A DNA stretch of 64,000 nt from Podarcis gaigeae (lineage: Eukaryota), in NCBI GenBank assembly GCA_964106915.2, contig OZ066915.1; one strand, 5' to 3'. The notes below the pieces were generated by a model. The model had not been told where the DNA came from. It did no database searches and saw only the letters and a program-made list of their open reading frames with translations. A program made the position numbers and the translations under genes. Numbering within the stretch: position 1 is the stretch's first letter; every line of letters begins with the position of its first letter. Positions 61,301 to 64,000 of this stretch are shown in pieces.

Positions 61301-64000
61301 TCAATGATTTGCATAAGGTATTTTAAAGCAACAAAGCATCAAGTTGTAACACATACTAAAATAAAATCCTTTACATGCAATTTTATAACAGCCCTCACCA
61401 CCAGCTAAGTAGCCGTGGAGATTTCCTACAGCATTGTGGGAAAGTGCCTGCTGCTTTGAGTGAATGCATTAGCTTTGCTAAAGCTTTCTTTACTGTGTAG
61501 CAGATCCAGTGACTGACTCATAAACTGTCAATTGTTAGAGAGCACCTTTCTTGATCTAAGCGGTACATTTTGGAAGGGAGGGCTTTTCTTCTGAATGCAC
61601 AAACACTCTCACACATATATCTAGCAAACTTTATAGAATGATACAACACGGAATGGCAGCGGCTGTGGTCAGTGGAGGCTGACTAGAACACTAGAATGCT
61701 GTGCACCACACAGTTAATCAGCCCCAAGGGCCAATCTGCCAATCTACAAAAAGATCTTGCCAGTTACACAAGAGGCTGCCTGTCTACCCTTTCACCTGAA
61801 GGTAATATATTGCCGTTGCTGTTGTCATTTAAACAGCTCCTTGAGATACAGAAAAGAAATCTAGTCTAGGGTCATCATGATGCCATTGAGAAGATCAGCA
61901 CACTTTTGAGCACTGCATTGTTCATTTCTAAATGACAGGATTTTATGCACTATTTTGGTTTCTAAACAACATTCAAGAACTGCAGACTATTTCATTTTCA
62001 AAATAAACAGAGCAGGAGCTAACTCTGATACAAAGAGAGCTCAAACGTGGATTTTAAGAGACAAAACCAATACTGCCTTGTGTTTTTATGATAGATATCT
62101 ATTTGTAATACAGCACAAAAGCTTCCCACATTCTAAACAAATTGCTTGCTGCTAATAATCACACCATACTTAATGGTATCTAACTTCCTAATCCAATTTT
62201 AGAGAAACAAATCCAATAATTACTTACATATGCTTTTTAATGATTACAATCTCAGAGGAATCCCAACTCTACACAAAAGCATTAAGAAATTGTATATGGA
62301 TTTTATTAATACAATGAATGGGATCAGTCACCCAGATTTCAATTACTATAAAAGCTTTTAAGCACATTTCTACAACAGAAGGAAGGAATGCATACAGAAG
62401 TGACAAAAACTGCTTAATCCCCATAGTTTTGATTTCTCACTGTTTTAGACTTCCAGTATCATCAGATCAAATTCTGTACTATGCTCTCTTCCACTCCTAA
62501 AATAAAGGAACCCAACCCCCTCCAAGCACACACAAAAACCCCTTGCATTTCTTCATCAGCAGGAGGAAAGAGAGGTGCAACACAAGAGAGTATTCTGGAA
62601 TAGGAACAGTTAAACCCAGCAATGCATTCTTGGCCACTGCTGTGACAGGATTTATTTACAGCTTCCATTAAACACAGCAGCTCCATTACAAAGTGCTGTA
62701 TGTGAGAAGAATTTTTGATTATACAATGCAAGTGCCGTACTGCATAAAACATAGCATGCCAACGTATCCCCCCCCCCCCCATAATTGGTTTGGGTCATTG
62801 TTTGATGGGTTTATGAATTCATTACAGGAAACAGATGGATCCCATAAATCAGAGCTATTCATCCAGCCAATCAAATGGGCAATTCCCCCCATCTCCTCCT
62901 CCCTCCCCCCGTTCTTAATGAAGCCACTTCCTTCGTGTCCAAAACTGTGTATGGTGTATAGAGAAAGAAGTTGTTAAAGCAACCTCAAAACAGGAACAGG
63001 AAACAGGAAACACCCTTTAAATAAAACCAATAAGGTAATCACACCCACAAAGAGGTACCCCCACTGAAGCCAGATACAAAGAAAAGAACTTACCCAGTTC
63101 AGCTGAAACACGGGAACTAAAGCAGAAAGGGTAAAATGTTCTGCTTTTTAGTAAGTTCTGTTTTTAAGAGCAAGAAAACAGTTTTATAATGGAAATGCTT
63201 ATTTTGCCCCCCATTCCACTTTCAGATGGTGAATTTTTATTCAGAAAATTACTTCCTTTGTCTACTAAACTCTCAAGTTTGACAACAGTGACATCTGCTG
63301 GTAAAAGTGAAGGTATCACAAATGTTACATAAGTAATGTTTCATATGTAGGTAGTTCTCTGCTATGTCTGTCTACACACAGAAAATTCCAAATCATGTGT
63401 AAAATGAAGTTTTACTCTAAGTGGTGCTTTTTAAAAAAAATGAACAAGGTTTGTAATTTTTCTTCAACCCTGCTACTTTAAAGATTTTAGTTACAATCTT
63501 CACATCTCTTTCTCTAAAATAGCACTACTGAAAGACAATAAGGCTTTTTTGATTTATAGATTCAAGATTAACACTCCAGTCCTAAGCATGTAGGATGACG
63601 ACAATTCCACTGGTTTCAAAAGGAACTTATTGCCACATAAGAGTGCATAGAGTTTTAGAAGAAGATATCAACCAAACTCTTTTGTTTAAACACTCAGATA
63701 TAGACAGGATACTAAGAGCATTTTGATAAAACCATCTAGGTTTGCTTGCTGTTGCTTGTGTTCCATATTCTATTAGGATGAAGGTGGGGGCAGAGGTGGA
63801 GGGAGACCAAACATCCCTGACTTTCCATTTAGATTGCGGCCTTTACAAGTTTTACATTACGAAAGTAACCTTACACATGACATAAGACATAAAATCCAGG
63901 AACATTTATACTGGCAAATGGACTTATAAATGCTTTCAAACAATATTTTACTAAAAAGTACTCTTTGGGGTTTGGTAAATTTACAAAAAGATACTTAAAT

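Noticed and set aside
54300-64000. First coding exon of TNRC6C (Lys/Glu-rich MEEKKKK-type)
   Set aside because: Not found on the minus strand here; presumably beyond the window.

Overview
This window is vertebrate genomic DNA from a squamate, probably a lacertid lizard, judging by Sauria SINEs with (ACCTTT)n tails. The whole window lies inside one minus-strand gene, TNRC6C (GW182 family, miRNA silencing effector). Sixteen coding exons can be read with GT-AG boundaries and consistent phases between 54154 and 523, and a seventeenth is inferred inside the N-gap at 16752-16899 (about 1,710 codons in total). They encode the GW-rich Argonaute-binding region, UBA-like domain, Q-rich region, PAM2 motif and part of the silencing domain. 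The first coding exon(s) and the RRM/C-terminal exons lie outside the window. Introns carry typical lizard repeats: Sauria SINEs, tRNA-derived SINEs, Tc1/mariner-type and hAT-type MITEs, and L2 and CR1 fragments. The most unexpected observation is an apparent fossil Patched-domain (PTCHD1/3/4-like, RND/sterol-sensing) gene nested on the same strand in the intron at about 6.1-10.2 kb, with collinear motif remnants from the N-terminus to the last TM helix. Other items are a candidate 9-nt microexon, a hairpin-sequestered perfect 5' splice site, alternative acceptors, a cassette exon with RBFOX motifs, and two N-gaps that fall on coding sequence. All comparisons to human proteins and repeat consensi are from memory, not from a search.
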